A stretch of 64,000 bases of DNA from Octopus bimaculoides (Eukaryota): assembly GCF_001194135.2 (NCBI RefSeq), contig NC_068981.1, positions 172,784,885 through 172,848,884 of the forward strand, given 5' to 3'. Under the pieces are notes generated by a model. The model did not search any database and was not told the DNA's origin. It worked only from the letters and a program-made list of their open reading frames with translations. Of the stretch, positions 40,261-51,465 are shown piece after piece. The first letter of the stretch is position 1. Every line of letters begins with the position of its first letter. A program made the position numbers and the translations under genes.

Positions 40261-40329
40261 CTCTGACTTGTGGGCCTTGGGGTGTATAATCTACCAACTA
40301 CATTCTGGTTTACCACCTTTCTGGGGAAA
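40261..40329 (+). CDS. PDPK1: 3-phosphoinositide-dependent protein kinase 1 exon (SDLWALGCIIYQLHSGLPPFWG)
   Basis: Matches PDK1 subdomain IX SDLWALGCIIYQL; ttcctttcag / gtgagt. Confidence 0.95.
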
Positions 40330-41022
40330 GTGAGTAACTATTCCTGAATTTAAAAGAATAAAAATTACTTCTTAAATGTCTTTTATTCATTCAATAAAAT
40401 TATATTTTTACTGGCCAATTGTAAAATTGGCTTTAGCTGCTATCCCAAAAGTGCTAAATCCTACAGGACCTGGGCATCTAGGTTTATTGCCTTGATAGGC
40501 TTGTGTTGTTATAAATGGACTAAATTTCATAATTTTCATTTACCACTTGTTCATGTTAAATATTTTGATAGAATTGGATGAAACAGAAACTTGGTTTAAA
40601 CTGTTTTCCAATCACCTAAACCTCAGTTGGAAATCTTGACCAGCACAACACTAATGAAGTAATCATTAATTTACACAGTGGTCCCACTGTTTACTCTTGT
40701 GAGCAACATGTAATCATCTGTCCACATTTACAGCTAATTGAACTGACTAAGAGTGGCTTTAATAATTGTAGCATTGCATTAATGACAACAAACATTGGAT
40801 GTTTGGTTGCTTAACTAACATGGAAGTTGACCATGATTCTATTTATTGTGTCAGAATATGGTTTGGAATGGAAGAAATAAACTTTTGTAGAAATAATTAA
40901 AATAAATGAAAATGTTCTTTACTTCCACACAAAAAATACATTACTTTAAAACTACAAGTATAATATTGATTAAAGTGTACCAATCCACCCTTTTATACAC
41001 GCAAATGATTTTCTACTTTTAG

Positions 41023-41119
41023 CCATGAATATCAGATATTTCAAAAGATTTTAAAACTTGACTATGAGTTTCCTGATGGTTTCAATCCTGTTGCCAAAGA
41101 TTTGGTCCAGAAATTATTG
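41023..41119 (+). CDS. PDPK1: PDK1 exon (HEYQIFQKILKLDYEFPDGFNPVAKDLVQKLL)
   Basis: Matches human EYLIFQKIIKLEYDFPEKFFPKARDLVEKLL; phases consistent. Confidence 0.95.
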
Positions 41120-43049
41120 GTGAGTAACATCTGTAGCTTTTGAATTTATTTACTCTGTATTGTTTTATAGCCAATTTTGATATATTTAGATCCACTCGTA
41201 TAAGATACATAACACATATTCTGCACTAAATAAGTTGTGTTATTTTCAGTTTTTTTTCATCCCATTTTGTTTTAGTAACAAAATTATTTTTTCCAAAATG
41301 CTTAGCTGACCTCCAAACTAGTTCATTGTTTGCTCTTTCCAAGCACAAATTTTTGAAGAAAATTTTTATTTCATTCTAATAACATTATTTATGGGAGGAT
41401 TTGTTTCAAAAGACACAAGTCTGATCTGCATAGGAGGAAGACCAAAAAATTGCACTATGGGTCATTTGAGTTTTCTAATATCATCATTTTTAGCATTAAA
41501 ATGGATGGCAATTGTGTTTAGGAAAATTTTAAAGCTATATCTTCTTTCTAAATATGGCTATGTTTCAAATTGTTTGAAGGTTTTGTAGGAATATTCACAG
41601 AATTTAACCCAAAACAAGATAAAGAAAAAAAAATTTAACAATAGAGTAAGATAAAACTATGGTTGTTATCTCTAAAAGATTTCCTTATATATCACTTTTG
41701 AATAAATATATTTTCTCTCTTCCCCAACTTCATACTTTAACTGCTTTTTTATTTTATTTTCTTTCTTTTAATGCACATGTAGTAAAAAGCTTTGTAGCAG
41801 ATATGTTTTAAAATCAACTGGAGTTGTTCCGTGGAAATTTTCTTTTGGCGCTAAAATAGAAGTTTAGACAAAGTCAATCTCAAAAGATTCTTTTCATTGG
41901 TTTAATAATAAATTATTAGCCAAAGCTGTCCCAGTTTTCAACCAAAAATTCTGAAATTTAATTTCTGGACACTTCTAGAAATGTCTAAAGTAACTTATAA
42001 AAACCCAGGATTTCTGATATTTTTCAGTGGCTTTTAAGCTGTCGCAGGAAGCTTTGTCACTCAACATTCTGCATGTCTTGTAGTGTTGAATTATTGTCAC
42101 ACTCATGAAATAGACAGTGCATTATCTATTTTTCTCCAACATGACCTTAAGTCATTTACCTAAATTCTTTCTAGAATAGTTTGAAGAATTAGTTTTAAAA
42201 ATTCTATACTTGTCCTTCTCAACTCTTAGAAGAAAAAGAATTAGAAAAAAGCCTTTTATTACAGGCCTCCTTAAAAAACAAGTGAAATAAGGGAGAACAC
42301 TCCTGTTTTATTTATAATACTGTTTAAACGATTGAATTTGGATTTAATAAAAATAATATTGAATAAGACCTTGCTAGTCAGATTTACATAATTTCTTGAG
42401 TGTTGGTTTGGAAACAACATACGAGTTACTCACAAATAACCTTAACCTTCCAAAGAAATAAACAAAGGACCACCTCACAGGTTAAACACACTTTTAAAAT
42501 TCAATCCCATCCAAATTCTTATATACTGCAGGCATCCTTTTTTCTCTGTTAGTATGATTTTTACTTGTACCATTAATATTTAAAACTATCTGAATTACAT
42601 ATTAAAAAAAAGTGAGGTGCTACTTCTACAAGCCTATTTTGTTGAAGATGTTATAGTACTTTGAGTATTAAATTCTAACACCTACAATATGTTGTATAGT
42701 GTTATGTAAGAACTAGCATGTTGATTTAGAGGGGTGGCTTGAGGTGATAAAGTGTTGTTGACTGATAAGAGACACAGCTGCTAAACTTGCACATTTTAAA
42801 ATAAGTGACCCACACTACTTAAACTTTCAATAAAAAGAAACAAACCTAAACACATCAAGGCTTTACAGGTTTGAAGAAACAACTCTGACATTGCTTCCTG
42901 TATCAAATGAAGTAACAATGGAAATAAAATATCCTCTTTTTAAGAACCAAGACTAAAGTCTTGATAGTTATACCAAAATTTAGATTAACTAATTTCATTG
43001 CATTTTCCTTAAATAAAGGAAGGTAAACTTTATAAATGTCTATTTTCAG

Positions 43050-43226
43050 GTATTCAATCCCCAAAAACGACTTGGTAGTCCTGAATCTGGAGGCTTTAAA
43101 CCACTTAAAAAACATCCTTTCTTTGATGGTATTGTTTGGGACCATCTTTGGACGCAAGACCCACCTGATCTTCTTCCCTATTTACCTGCCACACCTAGCA
43201 ATCCCAGTTTATGGAGCCACTATCGG
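43050..43226 (+). CDS. PDPK1: PDK1 exon (VFNPQKRLG...LKKHPFF...PYLPATPSNPSLWSHYR)
   Basis: KRLG..HPFF..W..L...PP kinase C-terminus; tattttcag / gtttgt. Confidence 0.93.
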
Positions 43227-44371
43227 GTTTGTTAAAAAATTTTTGTCCTCTGTCTCATTGTTTCTGGTAAACTTTCAGTACAGTTAAAAAACATTCTATG
43301 GTAAGAGATGGTAAAATGCAAAAACACCATAACCTCTAGATGTGGTGGGCTGTTCGAACAGTTCTGGAAAGAGATGGCTTTAAAATTTTATTAGGTTGGT
43401 GCAAAGATAATAAAGAATTTATTTTAAACTTGATGCTTATTTTGGAATAAATTTAATATTTAACTATAAGCACAAGCATTACTAATGGTCAAGAAGCTTA
43501 CTTTCTAAATATGTAGTCTTGAGTTGAATGCCACTGCTTGGCACTTTGGGCAAGTGTCTTCTCCATAGCCCCAGGCCATCCAAAACCTTGTGAGTGGATT
43601 TGGTACAAAAAAACTGAAAGAAACCCATCATTCGTGTGTAACTTTGCTTTGACATTGTGATGGTTGTAAACAAGCATCACTTCTACATGCAGGGCCATTC
43701 ATTTAATATCCTGCAAAAAAACATATCTCACCATGGAGAACTATTACTTTGCTTGAGAACAGGTGAGGGTTGATAACAGGAAGGCTAAGTTCTGTTCAAC
43801 CCATATGAGCATGGAAAAGTGAGCATTAAAACAATGATGGTGATGTAGTATAGGAAAGAAGTCTGTTAATTATATGGAACTGGACTGGATAATTTGTGGT
43901 ATCTATTTCTAAACATTAAATATTTTAACATGACCCCCAAAAAAACCCAAACCCCAAAAAACATCTTTCAATCATTATAGCTTTTTCTCCTCAAGTTATC
44001 ATATAATGCTGATCAATTAGCATACTGTTGTTTTTATTTAATTGTATAGTGCTTTATTAATGAGTAAAACATATTACCTAACAGAGGGCTATCAACTAGA
44101 GTGGCAGTTTGAAGAATGTAGGCCAACATTAATGAACCCGGGTTTAAAAATGCAAGTGGTAATAAGAAAGTTTGCAAAGCAACAAGGAAATGAACAGATC
44201 ATTTAACTGTTTAATAGCAGAAATGATGTAGCCTTCTCTCATCCTTAGGTCTAAGGAATAGCCATGGAAGAATTTGACACATTCCTTCCTTACATAATTT
44301 TACATATTGCCTTGGATGATATTACCTTTTCAATTTTGATTTTTAGTTTTTTTTTTTATTTGTATTTCCAG

Positions 44372-44418
44372 CCTGGACTTGATGATGCTAGAATTGGGGA
44401 GATAATAACTGAAACAGT
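44372..44418 (+). CDS. PDPK1: PDK1 linker exon (PGLDDARIGEIITET)
   Basis: atttccag / gtaagt; phase 0 start and phase 2 end match the flanking exons. Confidence 0.75.
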
Positions 44419-44699
44419 GTAAGTACTTTTGTTATTGTTTGCTCAGCAAGCTGAAATTGTAACTTCAGTTTCATTTCTTTCATTTTATTAATGCCTTTAG
44501 GAAACATGAAATCATAATTTCTCCTCTCCTGAAATACTGCTGGAGCTGGTTTCATACCTACATAAGAAACATAAACATAGTTTTAGCATTTCTTTTTACT
44601 TGCTGAGTCTGGAGGACTTGTAGGCCATCTAACATTGGTGATATTAAAATAGTACATTAATAACATTAATTTGTTGCTGGTCAACACATGCAGGGAACA

Positions 44700-45500
44700 T
44701 TTTAGAGCAATGATGTTGTGGGGAAATAGGGATGAGGGTTCAAGTATGGGGTTGGACTTGACAAGGATGAGATGTGGAGAGGTGAACGGGTCAGGAGTAC
44801 CTGAATGGTAGAGACCATTATAATAGTGATAAAAAAGACAGGAGACAGCATGTCTGTGGGCCAGAAGTTAGTGTGTTCATTAGTAAAAGGATTCCTATTA
44901 GCTGAATGGCTCACCTAGATGCAGTCCATGATGTCAGTGTTCATAGTTGTACTCCTGATCTAGATGTAAATCCTCGATCCTTGTGAAGTATCAGTAGCGT
45001 ATCTTCTGGCCATAAAGAGAAGAGAAGAGTTAGTTTTTGGGATATGGTCTTAACTATGCTAAAAGATGATTGTGTGATCTGACAGTTGGAGAGATTGGGA
45101 GGTCTCTAGTTGAATGCCACTTATGATTGGAGTGGTATTTTCTTATGAATAGTGTTTGAGTTTCTTAGCTGGTAAGAAATTATTATTAGCATGACCCACC
45201 CATGCATTCACTGCAGGATGTTTATAAGGTATCCATTTTCAGGTGTGGGGTGTGGTGTCTATGTTATATGTGGATAATGCATGGTTAAGGGAAATGAGAG
45301 AGGAGTGTTGTTCAGCTCCCTAATTTACCTCCCAGTTAACATTGCTACACCTAATGGACTACACTTCCCAATCCTCTCCCTGGTTTTTGTAAAATCACTG
45401 CTCCAAGTGTCACCTATAAGAGTACATCAGTTAAATCTAAATTTTTGTTTCCTTGTTAGTCTACTACAGTCTGCTACAGCCGTTATATGCTGATTGCAAT
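44700..45500 (-). mobile_element. Decayed LINE 5' / endonuclease region
   Basis: Raised GC content; reverse-strand translation resembles an APE domain; many stops. Confidence 0.4.
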
Positions 45501-47006
45501 AACATTTTAGTCTCTACAAAAGATAATTTATCATGACTGATTAACTTATTTTTTGATTGGATGCTTTAGATCAAGGGTTCCTATCAAAGGCTGATGGGAC
45601 ATCTCTATTGTATTGCCTTAACATGTCTTCACCATCTTCTCTCTTTATCAAAAAGGATAACCACATATCTTCTCTACAAGGCACCTGTACCTCTCCCTCT
45701 TTCATACTTTAACCTCTCACCACCCAGCATAAAACCACCCCATTCAGTTGAGGACGCTTGACATGTAAGTTACTTGATGACCTTACTAGTACTTGTGTCA
45801 GGTAAAAAAAAACTCCCAGTACATTCTTCTAAGTGGTTGGCATTAGGAAGGGCATTAAGCTGTAGGGTCCATGCCAAAGCAAAGTTTGATGCAGTCCTTT
45901 TGAACTCTTGAACTCATGCCAGCATGGAAAACGGATGTTAAATGATGACATAAGACAGAATCCTTATTTTCATTTTTGTCTGCCCCCACCCCTCCACTTT
46001 TGTTTTTTTCTAGTTACTTTGGCCACTGATGATGATGATGAAGATTTTTGAAGTTAGACAGATTGGGTGTGGAGATATATTGAGCAATTTTTTGGAAGTC
46101 ATGAATTGTAAAAAGTTTGAAACCTCTTCTTTTAGAATCCCTCAATTCTGGTTTTAAATCCTTTTAACATCATCTTGGTGATCTATTTGATCTGCTACCA
46201 CCTCTATATATGTAATTAGTCTATATGCTTATTTTATAAACACTGTCAGTGACAGTAAAATAATTATGTTGTAACATTTTCTGTGAATAAGTGAAAAATT
46301 AAACACTCCACAGGGTTGTTGGTGTTAGGAAGGGCATCCAGCCATAAAAACCATGCCAAAACAGACACTTGCTTGGTACAGTCTTCCAAACTGTCCAATC
46401 CATGCCAGCATGGAAAGCAGATGTTAAATGATGGTGATGAATTACTTGAAGCACTAGATTAGGACTATTTTCCCATTAGTATTGCTCTTGAGGAAGACCT
46501 GAATGTAACAACAGCTGAAATCCATATGATTCGCTTCTTAGTAATTACCAAAGATCAGGATATGCTGTTTCTAGAGACCATGGGTCGGTGGTTGGGAAGT
46601 TCTTGTTTTTTTTTTTCTTACACTAGCATACAAGTCTGCTCTCCACACTTCCAAAATTGTCCAAGGAAAAACAAGGGTTGCTACAGTTTGTGACCAAAGT
46701 TATTAGAGGCATTGCTATTAAAATGAAAAGAATTGGAGAAGATAGAGCAAGGTATCATTTTTGATACTCTTTTTCTCCACCCTGAAAGAGATAAAAGCAA
46801 TGTGACCTCAGTGAGATTTGAACTTGGAGCACAAAGACGGAATATGGAACAACTCCACTATTTCATCCCTGCTGATTCTATAAACTCATAAATAAAAACT
46901 TTTTTATTTGGGTTGAGATATCATTCCATTTCCATAATTCTTAGGAACATTCTTAGAGGTACATTATGTACATTCAACGGATATTTGTCCTCATCTTGTT
47001 TGTTGT

Positions 47007-47055
47007 TAACACAACAGTTTCGGCTGATATATCCTTCAGCCTTCTTCAGGTGTCA
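47007..47055 (-). ncRNA. Minimal type-I hammerhead ribozyme (putative)
   Basis: UGACAC-CUGAAGA-A-GGCUGA(aggauaua)UCAGCC-GAAA-CUG-UU-GUGUUA: stem I 6 bp, stem II 6 bp, intact core. Confidence 0.65.
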
Positions 47056-47752
47056 GGGAAATTTCGAACCTGGGTTCTCATTCCTAAGGTATTTTTTGAT
47101 ATTATTATTATTGTTATTGTTCAGGTCACTGCTTGGAACCGAACTCGGAATCTTTGGGTTAGTAGCCTGTGCTCTTAACCACTACGCCATATGCCCGTGA
47201 GTAATTATGGAGTGAATTTTAGGGCTTATAAATCTAATATTTTTCTATCCTTCCTTAATACCGGTTCCCATATGCTGCTCATATCTGCACTCGGTCTGTT
47301 TGGGAGGTTGTTGTCCTAGCATATGTGCTGCTTCTTTTAGTTTTCATATTTTCCAGTGGTGTTCTCTGTCTATTATTTTAACTTCATCCCACTAGGGGAG
47401 GTGGTCTCCATTTTTCCATACATGATCAGCTATACCCAATTTATCAATATCTCCTCATGTCACAGCTTTCGATGTTCGTCTACCCTTATTTTGAGGGGGC
47501 GGCATGTTTCGCTTTATATAACCTACCACAGCTGCATGGGATTGAGTACACGCAATCTTTAGTCATATTCTCTTCTGTTGGTGGTTTTACTCGGAGGAGA
47601 TATTTGTGAAGTATTGTATTATTCTTGAATACTGTCCTGATGTCATACAGACCGCATATCTTTTGTATCTTTTCGGAAAGGCCTTGATCATTTCTTTGTG
47701 GTGTGTATCACGATCGCTACTTATATTCTTTGCACGATGTTTTAGGTCCTGA

Positions 47753-47820
47753 GCATATGGCGAAGTGATTAAGAGCGCAGGCTACTAACCCCAAGATTCC
47801 GAGTTCGATTCCAAGCAGTG
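47753..47820 (+). mobile_element. tRNA-like Pol III head within the pseudo-LTR (mirror copy 47127-47194 on -)
   Basis: A-box TGGCGTAGTGG (- copy), B-box GAGTTCGATTCC (+ copy), CT-ACT-AA anticodon-like loop. Confidence 0.65.
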
Positions 47821-47894
47821 ACCTGAACAATAACAATAATAATAATATCAAAAAATACCTTAGGAATGAGAACCCAGGTTCGAAATTTCCCCAA

Positions 47895-47942
47895 GACACT
47901 TGAAGAAGGCTGGAGGGTATATCAGCCGAAACTGTTGTGTTA
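47895..47942 (+). pseudogene. Second hammerhead copy with a core C3-to-U change
   Basis: gacac-TTGAAGA-a-GGCTGG...TCAGCC-GAAA-CTG-TT-GTGTTA. Confidence 0.55.
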
Positions 47943-48299
47943 ACAACAAACGAGATGAGGACAAATATCTGTCGAATGTAAATAATGTACATAATTCCGC
48001 ATCTCTTAAATATAGAACTGTATTCCTAGAGGTAGTTGATAGCAGCTTGTTACTTAGGTGCTCAAATTAGTAATGGAAGAGGATATTATGAAAGTATACT
48101 CTAAGTTAGAACATAGTAAGGAAACAAAAAGGACTATGATTGCATCTATGCTACCTCTTCTGGTCACAAAGCTGGATTGCATTTTATGTAACTAAGTTTG
48201 TGATCAGTTGTGCAGGAGAGCAATTCCATGTCACATGTTGAAGCTGTTAGCCCTTCAGCATTCAGGTTATTCTGCCAAATGTTATACTTTATTTATGTA

Positions 48300-48423
48300 T
48301 TCATATTGTTTGAATTAACTATTTCATAGCTTCGAAGTTTCAATGATGTGATTGTTTATTTTTAGAATGATATTAATAGGTGTGAGAGGCCAGATCTGGC
48401 CAGTTTAAATGCTAAAGGGTTAA
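48300..48423. mobile_element. Right end of a TTAA-flanked (piggyBac-like) MITE
   Basis: Ends ...gctaaagggTTAA; same family as 63681-63982. Confidence 0.6.
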
Positions 48424-48587
48424 AAAAAATTTATGGTTCCTCTATTTAGAGGTTCACTACCCTTTTACTGCACTTTATACATTCATTAGTTAGCAGTGGT
48501 TTGTAGAGTAATGGTAAAAACAAACATGATAAATGAAATATACATTGTTTTGTGCCATTTATGGAAGATGGTCGTTTTTCATTGTAG

Positions 48588-48702
48588 GATTACTGAAGAT
48601 CAACGGAAGGAATTGCTCGAAAAACAGGCCCGAGAAAATGATTTTCACAAATTTGTTGAAGGCAATCTCATTTTGAAACAAGGCTTAGTAGATAAGCGTA
48701 AG
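48588..48702 (+). CDS. PDPK1: PDK1 exon, start of the PH region (ITEDQRKELLEKQARENDFHKFVEGNLILKQGLVDKRK)
   Basis: Matches human EDEKRLLLEKQAGGNPWHQFVENNLILKMGPVDKRK; cattgtag / gtaagt. Confidence 0.96.
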
Positions 48703-48822
48703 GTAAGTTTTTACAAAATTAGTCTTACTGATATAGGTTTTTCTTTTAAAATATGACCATACATCATACTTATGCACAGAAGTATTGATATACTCATACT
48801 TATTTGTGTGCATACTTGCAGA

Positions 48823-49035
48823 TTTGTATCTGAGACATACAAATATGTACATATGTTTGTATCTGAGGCATACAGACATGCATATGTTTGTATCTGAGGC
48901 ATGTAGATGTGCATATGTCTGTGTCTGAGGCATACAGATGTGCATATATGTCTGTATCTGAGGCTTGCAGGCATGCACACATGTCTATCTGGGGCATTCA
49001 GGCATGCACGTGGGTTTGTATCTGGGGCATACATA
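48823..49035. repeat. Minisatellite, ~7 units of 31-33 bp
   Basis: tttgtatctgaggcatacagacatgcatatg variants in tandem. Confidence 0.85.
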
Positions 49036-49128
49036 CAAATCAAACTGGAACCTGGTGCAGCTCTTTGGCTGCCAGCTCTGGTCAAACCGTCCAACCCTTG
49101 TCAGCATGGAAAATAGACATAAAAGGAT

Positions 49129-49159
<31 letters not shown>

Positions 49160-50400
49160 ATTTTCTACTATTTGAAAATAATATGTATTCTTGTTTTTAT
49201 ACTATTCATTTGATTCTTTATAGATTATTTTAATAGATAACTTATTTAACACTATATTATTTAGAAGTTATAGTTTCATTTCAACATAATATTAGAACTT
49301 CGATTGGAATAGTGTTGATATATTTTCGATTATTTTTGATTAATATTATTTGATTAATTACTAATCTTTATAGTTTATAATNNNNNNNNNNNNNNNNNNN
49401 NNNNNNNNNNNNNNNNNNNNNNNNNNNNNNNNNNNNNNNNNNNNNNNNNNNNNNNNNNNNNNNNNNNNNNNNNNNNNNNNNNNNNNNNNNNNNNNNNNNN
49501 NNNNNNNNNNNNNNNNNNNNNNNNNNNNNNNNNNNNNNNNNNNNNNNNNNNNNNNNNNNNNNNNNNNNNNNNNNNNNNNNNNNNNNNNNNNNNNNNNNNN
49601 NNNNNNNNNNNNNNNNNNNNNNNNNNNNNNNNNNNNNNNNNNNNNNNNNNNNNNNNNNNNNNNNNNNNNNNNNNNNNNNNNNNNNNNNNNNNNNNNNNNN
49701 NNNNNNNNNNNNNNNNNNNNNNNNNNNNNNNNNNNNNNNNNNNNNNNNNNNNNNNNNNNNNNNNNNNNNNNNNNNNNNNNNNNNNNNNNNNNNNNNNNNN
49801 NNNNNNNNNNNNNNNNNNNNNNNNNNNNNNNNNNNNNNNNNNNNNNNNNNNNNNNNNNNNNNNNNNNNNNNNNNNNNNNNNNNNNNNNNNNNNNNNNNNN
49901 NNNNNNNNNNNNNNNNNNNNNNNNNNNNNNNNNNNNNNNNNNNNNNNNNNNNNNNNNNNNNNNNNNNNNNNNNNNNNNNNNNNNNNNNNNNNNNNNNNNN
50001 NNNNNNNNNNNNNNNNNNNNNNNNNNNNNNNNNNNNNNNNNNNNNNNNNNNNNNNNNNNNNNNNNNNNNNNNNNNNNNNNNNNNNNNNNNNNNNNNNNNN
50101 NNNNNNNNNNNNNNNNNNNNNNNNNNNNNNNNNNNNNATTCATCTTATGATATTTACTTTACTTTATATTATACTCATTTATTGTGCTTTTAATTATTAA
50201 TTTTTCTATATGTGATGGTGAATTTTCATCGATGAGTTCTTGAAAATTGGTTATTTTCCCTAAAACTATATATATTTTATATATACTTTATTTATAAGGC
50301 TCAATTTAATTTTAATTTTTTATAAATTGATTTTAATTGAGTTTTTTACCTGTAATTTTGGATTTTGTCCCTAATAATATTATATATATATATATATATA

Positions 50401-51175
50401 CACGAGGTCTGATCAATAAATATCTGGCCTGTTGCCTCTAATAATGCTTTAGCACACAGTGAAGCTGTTTGGCACAGATTGACTTTGACCTCTACTGTGC
50501 ATGCGCACTAAGTTTTAATGTTCTAGCTCACTTCCACAGTACTTCAAAGTAATGTGATCATCGCATTGACCATGACAGAGAAAGTTATGGCGAAACCTGC
50601 TCAGAGGCCTATGCAAAGTTCCAGAAAGTATATGAAGAGGAGTATATGAGCTGCACACAAGTGTATGAATGATTCAGACGTTTCCCAGATGGCCGAAAAA
50701 ATGTTGATAGTGACAAACATTCTGGCAAACCTGAAACCAGCAGAACTGAGGAAAACATCGCAGATGTGAGGGGAAATCGTTGAATCACCATCCGTGAGTT
50801 ATCAGAGGATGTGCAGATTAGTTACAGTTCAGTATCACTGAAGATTTGGGTATGAGACATATGTCTGCCAAGTTTGTGCCCAAACTACTTTGAGCTGACC
50901 AAAAAGACACACAGGTTTCAGTTGCACAAACTCTCCTTGTGTCAAGAATGGTGAAAACTTTGCATAGGCCTCTGAGCAGGTTATCACCAAGCTTTTGGCG
51001 AAATTTGATACAAATTGTCTTCTCAACTCTCTTTGTCATGGTCAGTGTGACTAACACATCCTACACATTACTTCCAAGCACTGCTGCAAACAGCAAAAGT
51101 GAGCTAGAATGTTAAAATTTAGTGCACATGCACAGCAGAGTTCAAGGTCAATCTGTGCCAAGTGGCTTCACTTTG
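50401..51175 (+). mobile_element. Defective mariner (Tc1/mariner) element with an inverted copy of its 5' region
   Basis: cgaggtctgatcaataa terminus after (TA)n; translation VYE*FRRF.DGR..V..D.HSG.P.TS.TEENI...TIRE...LGMRH.SAKFVPKLL; 50955-51170 is inverted relative to 50460-50620. Confidence 0.9.
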
Positions 51176-51367
51176 CACATACACTCTCACACACACAGTA
51201 TCTAAAGCATACATACAGGCATATATTTGTATCTAAGAAGTCTAATATTTTCACTCTTTTTGCACTTTGCCCAAATCTATCTCTGTTGTGGATTGAAGAC
51301 TGAAATCTTTTAAGTGTCTTCTGTATTTATTTGTGTATATACATGCACTCACACATTTTGTTTACAG

Positions 51368-51465
51368 GGTCTTTTTGCTCGAAGAAGAATGCTGTTATTA
51401 ACTGAAGGACCTCATCTATACTATGTAGACCCTGTAAATAAAGTCCTTAAAGGAGAAATACCATG
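51368..51465 (+). CDS. PDPK1: PDK1 PH-domain exon ([33 protein letters not shown])
   Basis: Nearly identical to human [33 protein letters not shown]. Confidence 0.98.

Larger units (their letters stand above)
46958..47992 (-). mobile_element. 5'-truncated Penelope-like element: GIY-YIG pseudo-ORF between inverted ~240-bp pseudo-LTRs
   Basis: 47200-47690 (-) reads GLSEKIQKICGLYDIRTVFK...KDCVYSIPCSCGRLYK(G)ETCRPLKIRVDEHR...IADHVW...WDEVKIIDRE...KLKEA with stops and frameshifts; 46958-47194 is the reverse complement of 47753-47992. Confidence 0.9.

Noticed and set aside
35599-40329. Ankyrin-PDK1 fusion gene on the + strand
   Set aside because: The last ankyrin exon ends in phase 0 but the PDK1 exon starts in phase 2. 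A 100-N gap intervenes, the kinase N-lobe would be absent, and contig mis-orientation explains the layout better.
46014-46052. Extra PDK1 linker exon (TLATDDDDEDF)
   Set aside because: Good acceptor, but the frame required by exon 44372-44418 gives VYFGH*. The acidic frame is out of phase and GAT runs are common SINE tails here.
47753-47820. Functional tRNA gene
   Set aside because: No proper acceptor stem, an atypical ACT anticodon, and embedded in a transposon repeat
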